Shown here: positions 1 through 14,566 of the stretch, piece by piece
Position numbering within the stretch: the first letter of the stretch is position 1
Layout: each line of letters begins with the position of its first letter
Program-made: the position numbers and the translations under genes
The notes under the pieces: model-generated
The model's input: only the letters and a program-made list of their open reading frames with translations
What the model was told of the DNA's origin: nothing
The model's database searches: none
NCBI GenBank assembly: GCA_051294375.1
Contig: CM119270.1
Span: 14,561,164-14,625,163 of the forward strand
Direction: 5' to 3'
DNA: 64,000 bases
Source of the DNA: Paraspadella gotoi
Lineage: Eukaryota; Animalia; Chaetognatha

Positions 1-94
1 GGCGCAATTTTTTTGCACATGACTGTATTTTTCATCACCCATCCAATATTCCGATGTTCATTTGTCTCAGCGCCTCATCCACGTCTCCCTCACG

Positions 95-1141
95 ATGACC
101 GGCGTCATCTCCAGCCTCGCGTTGGGAGTTCTCTTCAACCTCTTCTACGTCGTCCTCGTCAGCGTCTGCAGCAACATCTTTCGCGATTCTGTGACCCTAT
201 CGACGCCAGTGGCCTTCGTCTTCTTGTTCGTCGGAGAGACGCTGTCCACTCTGCCGCTTGTTCCTATCGCCTGGGCCAATTGGACATTGAGGACGCCGCG
301 ACGTCTGGTGGTCTACGTCTTTCTCGGTCTCCTCATCAACGCCAGCTTTATCGCCTGGCGCGCCGCCGCCAACGCCTTGCCGCTCGGCGTCTTCTCCGCC
401 CTCGCCGGTTCCGGGATTCTCTACGCGCCGCTGATATCTGCGCTGCTTAATCGACACTGCGTCGGGGTTGTCGATCTCTGCGGCGTCGCCGCTGCGCTGA
501 TCGGGCTGCTGCTAACGACGCATCCGTCCTTTCTCTTCGAAGCCATCGATCTCGCAGACGAAGACGCCAAGCCCTCACCCGCCTACGCCTACTTACTCGC
601 CCTCTTCGTCGCTTGGGCCATGACTCTCTACCCTTTCCTCTTTGGAGCCACAGCCGACGAACACTGGTCCAACTTCCTCGTCCTCCGCCTGCTCTGCAGC
701 GCCGGCGTCGCCGCCGTCTGCTTCGGCGTTGCCGGTGGCGTCGAGGCCTTTGTCTCGGCCACGCCGGCGGCGTCCGGCGCCGTCGTCCTAGTTGGCGGCC
801 TCTCTACCATCTATCGTCTGGCGCAACAGGTCGGTTGCAAGGAATTTGAGGCGTTCGACCCGGGACACGCGGGGATGTTGGGCAACCTGATCAGCGTCGG
901 CATCATCCCCACCACGGCGTTGATGGCGGCAGCGTTTTTCGGGGAGACGATGACGAAGCTGGAGACGGTGGGCGTGGTGATCGTCTTCGTCGCCATCGTT
1001 GTCGTCACGGTGGCAAACGGAATGAGGAAGAGGATGGAAGAAGAGGAGGATAAACATGAGAAAGAAAAGGAAATAGAAAAACAAGAGTCGGATGAACAAA
1101 AGATCAAAGAAGAAGATAACAATTGGTTTTATGGAAAATAA
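95..1141 (+). CDS. Drug/metabolite transporter (EamA/DMT superfamily), SLC35G-like, about 348 aa, intronless CDS
   Basis: Long GC-rich ORF with about 10 hydrophobic segments. Motifs LPLGVFSAL..LYAPLISALL..DLCGVAAALIGLLLTTHPSFLF and FFGETMTKLETVGVVIV resemble EamA/SLC35G repeats; acidic/basic C-tail. First ATG at 95; TTTGTCTCAG at 61-70 looks like a splice acceptor for a 5' UTR or upstream exon. AATAAA at 1266-1271. Confidence 0.8.
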   Translation: MTGVISSLALGVLFNLFYVVLVSVCSNIFRDSVTLSTPVAFVFLFVGETLSTLPLVPIAWANWTLRTPRRLVVYVFLGLLINASFIAWRAAANALPLGVFSALAGSGILYAPLISALLNRHCVGVVDLCGVAAALIGLLLTTHPSFLFEAIDLADEDAKPSPAYAYLLALFVAWAMTLYPFLFGATADEHWSNFLVLRLLCSAGVAAVCFGVAGGVEAFVSATPAASGAVVLVGGLSTIYRLAQQVGCKEFEAFDPGHAGMLGNLISVGIIPTTALMAAAFFGETMTKLETVGVVIVFVAIVVVTVANGMRKRMEEEEDKHEKEKEIEKQESDEQKIKEEDNNWFYGK

Positions 1142-1492
1142 TTTTGGATTCAGAAGAAAATTTCATTCGTCGCGTGGTAATTTTTCTTATTACTTACTTT
1201 TTTTTATCTGATTACTGCGTAATTTTAAATATTATAATCATTGATTAATCATGGATTCTTCGGAAAATAAAACTTGTAACTCTTTTTTTATTATCATTAA
1301 TTTTAAGTTATTTCCAATCATATTCCAAGCACTTTATCATCCCCGTGTTCCTAACTCTCTTCCTCCCTCTCACCCCAAGAGTTCATTGTCCCTACACCCT
1401 CTCACCCACGTTAAACTCTAATCAGTCTTTTCTCCCTCTCGATTCTTTACTTCGGCCGTGATTTTTGGCTCGCCAGATTTGTTGGTTTGTCC

Positions 1493-1604
<112 letters not shown>

Positions 1605-2188
1605 CTCCTTTCTTTCCCCCCCGGATGAAAGTCCGGTCCGGATCTGATTGGGACGGCGAGTCCGACCCCCGGATCTAATTAGCCCGCGCCTTGTTTAGCA
1701 TTCTTTATCGTCCTCGAGGATTTCGGGATCGAATCTCGAGAGATCAAGAGGCTGAGAGAGAAAAGAGAAGAAAGGAAAAAAAAAAGGACTGAAAATAAAA
1801 AGGAAAAAGGGAAAGAAAAAGGGAAAAAAAGAACGGAGAGAAAGAAAATAAAAAGAAAGGGAGAGAAAAACGAAGGAAGGAAAAGAGCAGAAAGTAAAGA
1901 AATACGAAATGGAACATAAAATGGAAGAAGGAATCACAAAGAATCAGTGAAAAATCTTTTGAAGTGACCGAGTTTGTACTAAGCGCAGAAAAATTCATGA
2001 GTACTTTGTAATATGAGTTAACCTGATCTGTATTATCATATGGCAGTGGCCCATAGGGTGAGTATTTTAAATACTTCAAAATAGTGAATAACATTGGAAT
2101 TGGGAAAGAGTGATCTTTTGTTTTTATTTGATGAAGCAAGTCAGCTTCTGAAACCGAGCCTTGGATCTTTGAGATTTGGTGTTAAGAG

Positions 2189-2294
<106 letters not shown>

Positions 2295-3276
2295 TTCGGG
2301 TTTTGTGGTTCGGCAGTAAATCAGGACAAAGGGAGGATCAGCAAATTAGAGGCGAGCGCGATTAGAATCTAATTTCAGGCTAAAGAAGAAGAAAGAAAGA
2401 GAGGGAGAGCTCGATAGAAAGCGAGATAGAAAGCAAGAAAGAAAGAAAAAAAAAAGAAAAGGAGCGTAGTGCCATTTGGAATCCGTGAGTCTCTACCCCA
2501 AAGTCCCCGTGAAAGTCTGTGAATTTCTGTGAAAGGGTTAAAAGGCCACCGCGCGCGGAAATAGTGAAAGGGGCAAAGATGACGCGCGGAACGAGAAAGC
2601 GGCGGCGGCGGCGACGACGGCGGCAGCGGCGACGACGGCGGCAGCGGCGGAGCGCACTTCCTCCGAAGATTATCCACCTGTTATTCAATTTATGTTTACA
2701 GCCAATCTACAAAGCAATAAAGCTCTCCGTGGGACCGCATACGACGGAGCAATTCTCGGGGAGGACGAAGGGGGAGGGCAGGAGGAAGAAGAGGAGGAGG
2801 AGGAGGAGAAGGAGGAAGAGGAGAACGACAAAAGGGCGAAGGCAGAAAGCGAAGGAGGAGACGGGGCTGCAAAGGAACGAGGAAGTGCAAAGAAAAGTCT
2901 GCGTGAAGCAAAGTTAATTAGGGAAGAAAAGTATTACATGTACAATGTCAATGTACATAAACAAACAAAACGACTGAACCAGTCAATCAAACACGTTTAA
3001 AGAAGCAGTATTTATTCCAGACTTAGATTATACTAGAATTCTCCGTAGTACTGCCTAAAAATTTTTTTTTTTTTTAAATTGAAAAGTACCGAATACGTAC
3101 GCATAATACAATAAAAAGTAACCCTAACATAAAAAGTATGATGATTCCCGCAAGTGACAAGTGGTTTTGTTGCTTGTCAAAGCGAGAGCGAGTTGAGCTC
3201 TTTTGCGCAGTCGGAAACTCGCGATGATAATTGAATGACAAACCTGCGGGCGACGCGTTCCAAAATGGGCGCCCAT

Positions 3277-3356
<80 letters not shown>

Positions 3357-3889
3357 GCTTAAAATGGATTCGCGTAAAAATGTTTGTTTACCATCGCGTT
3401 TACGAGCCGAGGTTATAGGGGGCGGAAGCGTGTAGCGCGTGTAGCAGCGGCGGAGGAAGGCAGGGTGGAAACGGTGGTGCCCGGAGTGGAGCTTTTGTGA
3501 TGAATGAATTTTGAAGATCTAGAAGTTTTATCGTACTTTCATTAAGAAGTATATTTTGCTACATCCTTTAAAAACATGGGAGGTTACAGTTCCTTCCACT
3601 GAAAAGAACAGTTGCGTTTTCTACCAGGTTTTGAATTTATTTCAATTTTCTCTGCTCACACCGTCAATCCGTCATACATTAATAACAAATACAACAGCAC
3701 CCATACATCGGAAAAAGATTTATCTGTAGCGGCATTATCGTCGATGTCCCCCACACACAGTCACACACACATTCAAACTCGATCGTAAAAAGAAAAAAGA
3801 AATTTCCCTTCCAAACGATCGCTCCATTTCGCTTCACAAAGAAATTCTATTTTCATCCCCAAAAAACTGACAGTGATATAATTCCAACG

Positions 3890-4002
<113 letters not shown>

Positions 4003-5369
4003 TCGAAAAAAATGTGTAAAGTACAGTGTAAATCAAACAATATTGCGTTTTCACGAGAATATAACCAGAGGCGGAAAAAAAAGCGTCATTTTCTGCTCTT
4101 GAATCACAAATGAAAAAAGTGAAGAGACGTCACAAATCATAAGATCACAATACAAAAGTTTCGATGGGATTCTTTTTTTTTTATTTTTCATTTTGCGAAA
4201 CACAATTATCTTTCCCCTTTATACTTTTTTACCACCTCTTCTTTTTTTCAACCTTTTTCTTCTTTCCCTTTTTACTTTTCTACCTTCCCTCCCTCTCTCT
4301 CTTTCTCCACCTTTTAATTTCATCTTACATCTCTTCCTACACCCGTTACAACTTCCTACAACTCGTCATTCTTCTCACGCCATCGGCATCCCTTCCTCAC
4401 CCTTCAGCCCTCAACATCCCTTACCTTCGTACTTCGAGGACCACTCCGCTTTCTTCCACTTCTTCCAAGGCGGTCCGCACGTAGGCACTTGGGGCCATAA
4501 TCACCCATACAACTCCAAGGCAATATGGACTCTCTTTTCCCCCGAGCGGTNNNNNNNNNNNNNNNNNNNNNNNNNGGAGTCGAAGGTCTCTCCCCCCCTG
4601 CCTCCCCCCTCGGTTTTGTCCCCCCCCACTTCTTTCCGCCGCAAAAGGCCCCGAATAAAATCGTGAAACGCAAAAGTTTTAAAGGAGAAAAAGACATTTT
4701 TTTTTTCAGTTTTGAAGAGTTTTTTTAGATTTGGGAGGTTAGACTAGGAGGAAAGGGGGGTGAGGGAGATTTAATTAGAACGGAAAGGGAACGATAAACG
4801 TATCTATAAATAATGGAATTAATGAATATAATATTATAATTTTTAATTTATCATAATTCAAATATTTAAATTATATAACCCAATGTTGCTCAATCGACTA
4901 CATGAATGATTTAAAAATATTAAAATTCAAATTAAAATAAACTGAGGCATGACGCTCATCAACTTCAATGATTTTACTTACCTATTATTATTTTAGTTTT
5001 ATTTTTTAGCTTAGGACCTCACACGTTTCGATTCGTTTCACTTAAGTCTGATTGGGTCCATCCTAATTGAATTGTGGTTGAAACCAATCTCGATTGTGGC
5101 TAAATAAAAAATGAAATCCCGCAAATTCGTTTTTTTGTCTTTGAGAGTAACTTTGGGAGATGTTTTGTTAATGTATAACAATACAAACTAGCCATTTGTT
5201 CTCCAATTTTAAATGTTTTCACTGTCCACAGAGAGTACGACGCGCATCCCCTCATACTACAGTGGTCGTGACTCGTAGCGAGCGATGCCCGACCCTTTTT
5301 AATTTTTTCATATTGCTTTCACGTTTTTTATGTCTGGATGGGCAGGGACGACGAGACGACGCGACGACC

Positions 5370-5406
<37 letters not shown>

Positions 5407-5699
5407 ACGACGACCATCGATGATGGATGCTTCGTGTTTTCGGTTCGACGATCAAAAAACGTCGCCGCTTTTTTAAAATATGTTTAAGCGAGATGAGAGA
5501 GAGAGAGAGAGAGAGCAGGAGAGAGAGAGAGAGGAGAGTGACGAAAAGGAGAAGATGAGTTAGATAGAAGAGCCAAACGTCGGCAGAAGACTGAGTGCAG
5601 CACAACACTACGCAATTCCGAGAGAGAGGCGGGAGAGAACTAGTAGAGGTAGAGCAAGCCTATGAAGAGGGAAGAGAGATTACGAGAGAAAAAAAGATT

Positions 5700-5746
<47 letters not shown>

Positions 5747-7584
5747 CGAAAGAAAAAAAAAAAAAAAAGGAAAAAGAAAAAATGGAAAAAAGAAAAAGAT
5801 GAGAAGGGGGGGGTCTAGGACGGCACTAGGAAAAAGGACATTCGCCCCAAGACTTTTTTGCTGAGCTTTTTTCAAATTTTTTTTTATACGTAGATTTTTT
5901 GCGTGTTGGCTGAAACATACTAATACGTCGTGGCCGGGGCACGCAAATAACGACGTTCGCACGCAGGATAGGAGCGCTAGAGCGCTTGCAGGATGTTGAG
6001 GCATACAATATTTTGATATATAATTCGTTTTGATTATACATTTTAATGCCAAATCCAAGATTAAAGCTTTCTATAAAAACATATTAGTCTCTTATCCCAC
6101 ATTGTCAATAAAAATTCTCCGAATAAACCAGCAAGAATTGTATAAAGCCAAAAAAATAAATAAAAGCAATAAGGAAATAATGATATATGAATAATTATAT
6201 TAGTATTGGTCCGCTACCAGATTTTCATATTAAAAAATCTACCAATGGAAGCAAAAAATAGAAAAATCGCCGTTTTGAGCGCCAAGAAAATTTTCTAGGA
6301 AAACTACGCCGCTAAAAATATCCAGATGAGATGGAAACCGTTGGAAAACCGACAGAGCGGTCGAAGCGCATGAATTAACAAACTCGCCCATGAGCGAGAA
6401 GTGAGACTCAGACACAAGAGAGAGAGAGAGAGATAGAGAGGAGATAAGAGAGATGAGAGAGAGAGAGAGAGAGAGAGAAGAGAGAGAGAGGAGAAGAGAG
6501 AGAAAGAGAGAGAGAGAGACGAGAGAGAGATGAGAAAGAGAGAAGCGCGAAGAGATAGAGAGAGAGAGAGAGACAATGAGAGAGAGATCGAGAGAGAGAG
6601 AGTTCAGTGGCCAGCCAACCTACTCGTATACAAATAGTCTTACTTTACTCCCTGCGTTTCTTCTCTCCCACATGTGAACGAAAAAAAAAAAGGTTGAGGT
6701 AGCGTTGACGCCAGGCCGGTTATCCCTCCTGCCCTTTAAACCACCCATTCACCCTCCCCCCCCTCTCCCCTTCCTTCCTTCCAGCCCTTTACTCCGCGGG
6801 TCACGGAATCCAATTTTCAGGGTCTTTTGTTTATGAACGGGGCATGTTTATGGGATTTATAGGCGATTAGCTATTGATGCAAATTTAATTGCGAAAAAAA
6901 TCAAGCCTTCCTAGAAAAAATCGATAGGCTAGAGGCTCGCAGCTGTTTTTATTAGAATTGACAAAAAGTGGTGTGTTGTTTTCGTGAACTCGGAGAGAGA
7001 AATCCGGATTATTCTCAAGTTTTTCAAGAGTATTTTTTTTCTCAGCAAAATCATTCAATCAATATTGTGGGTTATTTATTTAGATAGTTAAAATGTTTTA
7101 TTGAGAGTTATGTTTTGTAGGTGAGAAGAATTTGAAAAAAGAGGAAGAGGTCGAGAAAAGATAAGGAATAGGAGGTAAGTAATCGTATTGTGGAAGGTTT
7201 TGAAGATTACCTCATAAAAGAGATAAATGAGTATGTTGTAAATATTATAATTCAAAGAGATCGGAGACGGCACGTAAGAAAAAACTGTGTCCAAGCAGAA
7301 GGTTTACATAAAAAAATTGAAAGAGAATAGAAACCAGCTTTTGTCATTATTGTTATTTTAGATTAATTGACTTAAATTTACAAACATTATGATCTCTATC
7401 TCAAATTGAGGAAGAATGATGGGTAAAAAATTATTTCATCTTGGTTCTCGGTTACAACTATTAAAGGTTATCCGTTTAAAATTTTGTTTTATAATATTAA
7501 TATTTTTTTGCATTTTAATAATACCCATATGGTTCTAAAATACAATTGTAAGAGAGCAGATAATATCGAAGCGTGAGTATTTTT

Positions 7585-9109
7585 TTAGAATTTGGGAGGG
7601 TTAGACTAGGAGGAAAGGGTGAGGGAGATTTAATAAGAACGAAAAGGGAACGATAAACGTATCTATAAATAATGGAATTTAATGAAATATAATATTATAA
7701 TTTAATTTATCTAAATTCAAATATTTAAATTATATAACCCAATGTGCTTCAATCGACTACATGAATGATTTAAAAATTATTAAAATTCAAATTAAAATAA
7801 CTGAGGCATGACGCTCATCAACATCATATTTACTTACCTATTATTATTTAGTTTTTATTTTTAGCTTAGACCTCACACGTTTCGATTCGTTTCACTTTAA
7901 GTCTGATTGGGTCCATCCTAATGAATTGTGGTTGAACCAATCTCGATTGTGGCTAAATAAAAAATTAAATCCCGCAAATCGTTTTTTTGTCTTTGAGAGT
8001 AACTTTGGAGATGTTTGTTAATGTATAACAATACAAACTAGCCATTTGTCTACCAATTTTAAATGTTTTCACTTCCACAGAGAGTACTACTCGCTCCCCT
8101 TACTACAGTGTCTGTGACTCGCTAGCGAGCGATGCCGACCCTTTTAATTTTTTCATATTGCTTTCACGTTTTTNNNNNNNNNNNNNNNNNNNNNNNNNNN
8201 NNNNNNNNNNNNNNNNNNNNNNNNNNNNNNNNNNNNNNNNNNNNNNNNNNNNNNNNNNNNNNNNNNNNNNNNNNNNNNNNNNNNNNNNNNNNNNNNNNNN
8301 NNNNNNNNNNNNNNNNNNNNNNNNNNNNNNNNNNNNNNNNNNNNNNNNNNNNNNNNNNNNNNNNNNNNNNNNNNNNNNNNNNNNNNNNNNNNNNNNNNNN
8401 NNNNNNNNNNNNNNNNNNNNNNNNNNNNNNNNNNNNNNNNNNNNNNNNNNNNNNNNNNNNNNNNNNNNNNNNNNGAGAGAGAGAGAGAGAGAGTAAAGGC
8501 AAGCTATGAAGAGGAAAAAGATAAGAAAGATAAAAAAGGACGAACAAAAAAGAAAAAAAAGGAAGAAAAAGAGAAAAGATGAGAAGGAAAAGACATTCGC
8601 CCCAAGATTTTTGCTGATTTTCAAATTTTTTATACGTATTTTTGCGTGTGGCAGAACGTGGGTGCACGCAAATAACGGACGTCGCACGCTAGAGCGCTGC
8701 AGATGTTGAGGCATTCAATATTTGATATATATCGTTTGAATATACTATTTTAATGCCAATTCCAAGATGTAACGCTTTTCTATAACTATTAGGTCTCTTA
8801 TCCCACATTGTCAATAAAAATTCTCCGAAATAAACCAGAAGATTGTATAAAGCCAAAAAAAAATGAAAGCAATAAGACAACAATGATATATGGTTAATTG
8901 TATTTATATTGGTCGTACCAATTTCATATTAAAAAACTACCAATGGAGCAAAAAATAGAAAATCGGTTTTGAGGACGAAAATTTTCTAGGAAAACTACGC
9001 GCTAAAAATTCCAGAGGAGATGGAAACGTGGAAACGACAGAGCGTCGACAGCGCATATAAAACTCGCCCATGAGCGAGAAGGAGACAGACACAAGAGAGA
9101 GAGAGAGAG
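7585..9109 (+). repeat. Indel-rich direct copy of about 4720-6430 (probable assembly artefact)
   Basis: Colinear match (e.g. TTAGACTAGGAGGAAAGG, CTGAGGCATGACGCTCATC) with scattered 1-bp indels; contains a large gap and ends at a 25-N gap. Confidence 0.8.
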
Positions 9110-9134
9110 NNNNNNNNNNNNNNNNNNNNNNNNN

Positions 9135-9916
9135 GGCCGCCGCCAACGCCTTGCCGCTGCTCGCGTCTTCTCCGCCCTCGCCGGATTCCGGGATTCTTCT
9201 ACGCGCCGCTGATATCTGCGCTGCTTGAATCGACACTGCGTCGGGGTTGTCGATCTCTGCGGCGTCGCCTAGCGCTGATCGGGCTGCTGCTAACGACGCA
9301 TCCGTCCTTTCTCTTCGAAGCCATCGATCTCGCAGACGAAGACGCCAAGCCCTCACCCGCTACGCCTACTTACTCGGCCCTCTTCGTCCGCTTGGGCCAT
9401 GACTCTCTACCCTTTCCTCTTTGGAGCCACAGCGACGACCACTGATCCAACTTCCTCGTCCTCCGCCTGCTCTGCAGCGCCGGCGTCGCCGCCGTCTGCT
9501 TCGCGTTGCCGGTGGCGTCGAGGCCTTTGTCTCGGCCACGCCGGCGGCGTCCGGCGCCGTCGTCCTAGTTGGCGGCCTCTCTACCATCTATCGTCTGGCG
9601 CAACAGGTCGTGCAAGGAATTTGAGGCGTTCGACCCGGGACACGCGGGATGTTGGGCACTGATCAGCGTCGGCGATCATCCCCACCACGGCGTGATGGCG
9701 GCAGCGTTTTTCGGGAGACGATGACGAAACTGAGACGGATGGGCGTGGTGCATCGTCTTCGTCGCCATCGTTGTCGTCACGGTTGGCAAACGGAAATGAG
9801 GGAAGAGGATGGAAGAAGAGGAGGATAAACATGAGAAAGAAAAGGAAATAGAAAAACAAGAGTCGGATGAACAAAAGATCAAAGAAGAAGATAACAATTG
9901 GTTTTATGGAAAATAA
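9135..9916 (+). pseudogene. Frameshifted copy of the 3' part of the DMT transporter gene (about 361-1141); probably a raw long-read duplicate rather than a real pseudogene
   Basis: Near-identical to 361-1141 but with many single-base indels and almost no substitutions; starts right after a 25-N gap. Confidence 0.7.
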
Positions 9917-10271
9917 TTTTGGATTCCAGAAGAAAATTTTATTCGTCGCGTGTTATTTTTTCTTATTACTTACTTTTTTTATCTGATTACTGCGTAATTT
10001 TTAAATATTATAATCATGATTAATCGTGGATTCTTCGGAAAATAAAACTGTAACTCTTTTTTTTATATCATTAATTTTAAGTTTATTTCCAATCATATTC
10101 CAAGCACTTTATCATCCCCGTGTTCCCTAACTCTCTTCCTCCCTCTCACCCCAAAGAGTTCATTGTCCCTAACACCCTCTCACCCACGTTAAACTCTAAT
10201 CAGTCTTTTCTCCCTCTCGATTCTTTACTTCGGCCGTGATTTTTGGCTCGCCAGATTTGTTGGGTTTGTCC

Positions 10272-10312
<41 letters not shown>

Positions 10313-11070
10313 TCTCTCTCTCTCTCTCTCGTCTCTCTCTCTCTCTCTCTCTCATCTCCTCTCTCTCTCTTCTCTCTCATCTTGCTCCTTCTTTCCCTCC
10401 GGATGAAAGTCCGGTTCGGATCTGATTGGGACGCGAGTCCGACCCCGGATCTAATTAGCCCGCGCCTTGTTTAGCATTCTTTATCGTCCTCGAGGATTTT
10501 CGGGATCGAATCTCGAGAGATCAAGAGGCTGAGAGAGAAAAGAGAAGAAAGGAAAAAAAAAAAAGGACTGAAAATAAAAAGGAAAAGGGAAAGAAAGAAG
10601 GAAAAAAGAACGGAGAAGAAAGAGAAAAAAAAGAAAGGGAGAGAAAAACGAGGAAGGGAAAAGAGCAGAAAGTAAAGAAATACGAAATGGAACATAAAAT
10701 TGGAAGAAGGAATCACAAAGAATCAGTGAAAAATCTTTTGAAGTTGACCGAAAGTTTGTACTAAGCGCAGAGAAAAATTCATGAGTACTTTGTAATATGA
10801 GTTAACCTGATCTGTATTATCATATGGCAGTGGCCCATAGGGTGATTTTAAATACTTCCAAAATAGTGAAATAACATTGGAATTGGAAGAGTGATCTTTT
10901 GTTTTTATTTTGATGAAGCATAGTCAGCTTTTCTGAAACCGAGCCTTGGATCTTTGAGATTTGGTGTTAAGAGAATGGAGGGAGAGAGAGAGAGAGAAAG
11001 ATAGAGGAGAAGAGAGAGAGAGAGAGAGGAAGAGAGAGAGAGGGAGAGAGAGAGAGAGATGGGGAGCGAG

Positions 11071-11112
<42 letters not shown>

Positions 11113-14100
11113 AGAGAGAGAAAGAAATTTCGGGTTTGTGTTCGGCAGTAAATCAGGACAAAGGGAGGATCAGCAAATTAGAGCGAGCGCGCATCTAGAA
11201 TCTAATTTCAGCTAAGAAGAGAAAGAAAGAGAGGAGAGTCGATAGAAAGCGAGATAGAAAGCAAGAAAGAAGAAAAAAAGAAGAAAAGGAGCGTAGTGCC
11301 ATTTGAATCCGTGAGTCTCTACCCCAAAGTCCCCGTGAAAGTCTGTGAAATTTCTGTGAAAGGTTAAAAGGCCACCGCGCGCGGAAAATAGTGAAAGGGG
11401 CAAAGATGACGCGCGGAACGAGGAAGCGGCGGCGGCGGCGGACGACGGCGGCTAGCTGGCGACGACGGCGGCAGCGGCCGGAGCGCACTTCCTCCGAGAT
11501 TATCCGACTGTCTATTCAATATGTTAAGAATTCTTTTACCCAAAAAAAAAAGCAATAAAAGCTCTCCGTGGACCGCATACGACGGAGCAATTCTCGGGGA
11601 GGACGAAGGGGAGGGCAGGAGGAAGAAGAGGAGGAGGAGGAGGAGAAGGAGGAAGAGGAAACGACAAAAAGGGCGAAAGGCAGAAAGCGAAGGGAGGAGA
11701 CGGGGCTGCAAAGGAACGAGGAGTGCAAAGAAAAGTTCTGCGTGAAGCAAAGTTAATTAGGGACGAAAAGTATTACATGTACAATGTCAATGTCATAACA
11801 AACAAAAACGACTGAACCAGTCAATCAAAACACGGGTTTAAAGAAGCAGTATTTATTCCGACTTAGATTTATACTAGAATTCTCCGTAGTACAATTGCCT
11901 AAATTTTTTTTTTTTTTTTTTTAATTGAAAAGTACCGAATACGTACGCATAATACAATAAAAAGTAACCTAACATAAAAAGTATGATGATTCCCGCAGTG
12001 ACAAGTTGTTTTGTGCTTGTTTCAAAGGCGGAGGCAAGCAGTTGAGCCTTTTGCGCAGTCGGAAAAGCTCGCGATGATAAATTGAATGACAAACCTGCTG
12101 GCGACGCGTTCCAAAATGGGCGCCCATAGAAAGAGAAGAGAGAGAGAGAGAGAGAGAGAAGAGAGAGAAGAGAGAGAGAGTGAGGAGAGAGAGAGAGAGA
12201 GAGAGCGGCTTAAAATGGATTCGCTAAAAATGTTTGTTACCATTCCGCGTTTACGAGCCGAGGTTATAGGGGGCGGAAGCGTGTAGCGCGTGTAGCAGGG
12301 CGGAGGAAGGCAGGGTGGGAAACGGTGGTGCCCGGAGTGGAGCTTTTGTGATGAATGTATTTTGAAGATTAGAAGTTTTATCGTACTTTCATTAAGAAGT
12401 ATATTTTGCTACATCCTTTAAAAACATGGGAGTTACAGTTCCTTCCCTGAAAAGAACAGTTGCGTTTTTCTACCAAGTTTTGAATTTATTTCAATTTTTC
12501 TGCTCACCCCGTCAATCCGTCATACTATTAATAACAAATACACAGCACCATACCATCGGAAAAAGATTTATCTGTAGCGCATTATCGTCAATGTCCCCCA
12601 CACACAGTTCACACCACACATTCAAACTCGATCGTAAAAAGAAAAAAGAAATTTCCCTTCCAATACGATCGCTCCATTTCGCTTCACAAAAAATTCTATT
12701 TTTCATCCCCAAAAAAAAACTGACAAGGAATAAAATTCCACGCCAACGAGAGAGAGAAGAGAGAGGAGAGAGAGAGAGAAAGACGAGAGAGAGAAGAGAG
12801 AGAGAAGAGAGAAGAGAGAGAGAGAGGAGAGGATGAGGATGAGGAAAAAAAAAAAAATGTGTAAAGGTACAGTGTAAATCAAACAATATTGCGTTTCACG
12901 AGAATATAACCAGAGGCGGAAAAAAAAAGCGTCATTTTCTGCTATTGAATCACAAATGAAAAAAAGTGAAGAGACCGTCCAAATCATAAGATCACAATAC
13001 AAAAGTTTCGATGGGATTCTTTTTTTTATTTTTCATTTGCGAAACACAATTATCTTTCCCCTTTATACTTTTTTACCACCTCTTCTTTTTTCAACCTTTT
13101 TCTTCTTTTCCCTTTTTACTTTTCTACCTTCCCTCCTCTCTCTCTTTCTCCACCTTTTTTAATTTCATTCTTACATCTCTTCCTACACCCGTTACAACTT
13201 CCTACATCTCGTCATTCGTTCTCACGCCATCGGCATCCCTTCCTCACCCTTCAGCCCTCACATCCCTTACCTCGTACTTTTCGAGGACCACTCCGCTTTC
13301 TTCCACTTCTTCCAAGGCGGTCCGCACGTAGGCACTTTGGGGCCATAATCACCCATACAATCAAGGCAATATGGACTCTCTTTTCCCGAGCGGGGAGTCG
13401 AAGGGTTCTCTCCCCCCCTGCCTCCCCCCTCGGTTTTGTCCCCCCCCACTTCTTTCCGCCGCAAAAGGCCCCGCAATAAAATCGTGAAACGCAAAGTTAA
13501 AGGAGAAAAAGACATTTTTTTTTTCAGTTTTTGAAGAGTTTTTTTTAGATTTGGGAGGTTAGACTAGGAGGAAAGGGGGGTGAGGGAGATTTAATTAGAA
13601 CGGAAAGGGAACGATAAACGTATCTATAAATAATGGAATTAATGAATATAATATTATAATTTTTAATTTATCATAATTCAAATATTTAAATTATATAACC
13701 CAATGTTGCTCAATCGACTACATGAATGATTTAAAAATATTAAAATTCAAATTAAAATAAACTGAGGCATGACGCTCATCAACTTCAATGATTTTACTTA
13801 CCTATTATTATTTTAGTTTTATTTTTTAGCTTAGGACCTCACACGTTTCGATTCGTTTCACTTAAGTCTGATTGGGTCCATCCTAATTGAATTGTGGTTG
13901 AAACCAATCTCGATTGTGGCTAAATAAAAAATGAAATCCCGCAAATTCGTTTTTTTGTCTTTGAGAGTAACTTTGGGAGATGTTTTGTTAATGTATAACA
14001 ATACAAACTAGCCATTTGTTCTCCAATTTTAAATGTTTTCACTGTCCACAGAGAGTACGACGCGCATCCCCTCATACTACAGTGGTCGTGACTCGTAGCG

Positions 14101-14189
14101 AGCGATGCCCGACCCTTTTTAATTTTTTCATATTGCTTTCACGTTTTTTATGTCTGGATGGGCAGGGACGACGAGACGACGCGACGACC

Positions 14190-14226
<37 letters not shown>

Positions 14227-14519
14227 ACGACGACCATCGATGATGGATGCTTCGTGTTTTCGGTTCGACGATCAAAAAACGTCGCCGCTTTTTTAAAATA
14301 TGTTTAAGCGAGATGAGAGAGAGAGAGAGAGAGAGCAGGAGAGAGAGAGAGAGGAGAGTGACGAAAAGGAGAAGATGAGTTAGATAGAAGAGCCAAACGT
14401 CGGCAGAAGACTGAGTGCAGCACAACACTACGCAATTCCGAGAGAGAGGCGGGAGAGAACTAGTAGAGGTAGAGCAAGCCTATGAAGAGGGAAGAGAGAT
14501 TACGAGAGAAAAAAAGATT

Positions 14520-14566
<47 letters not shown>
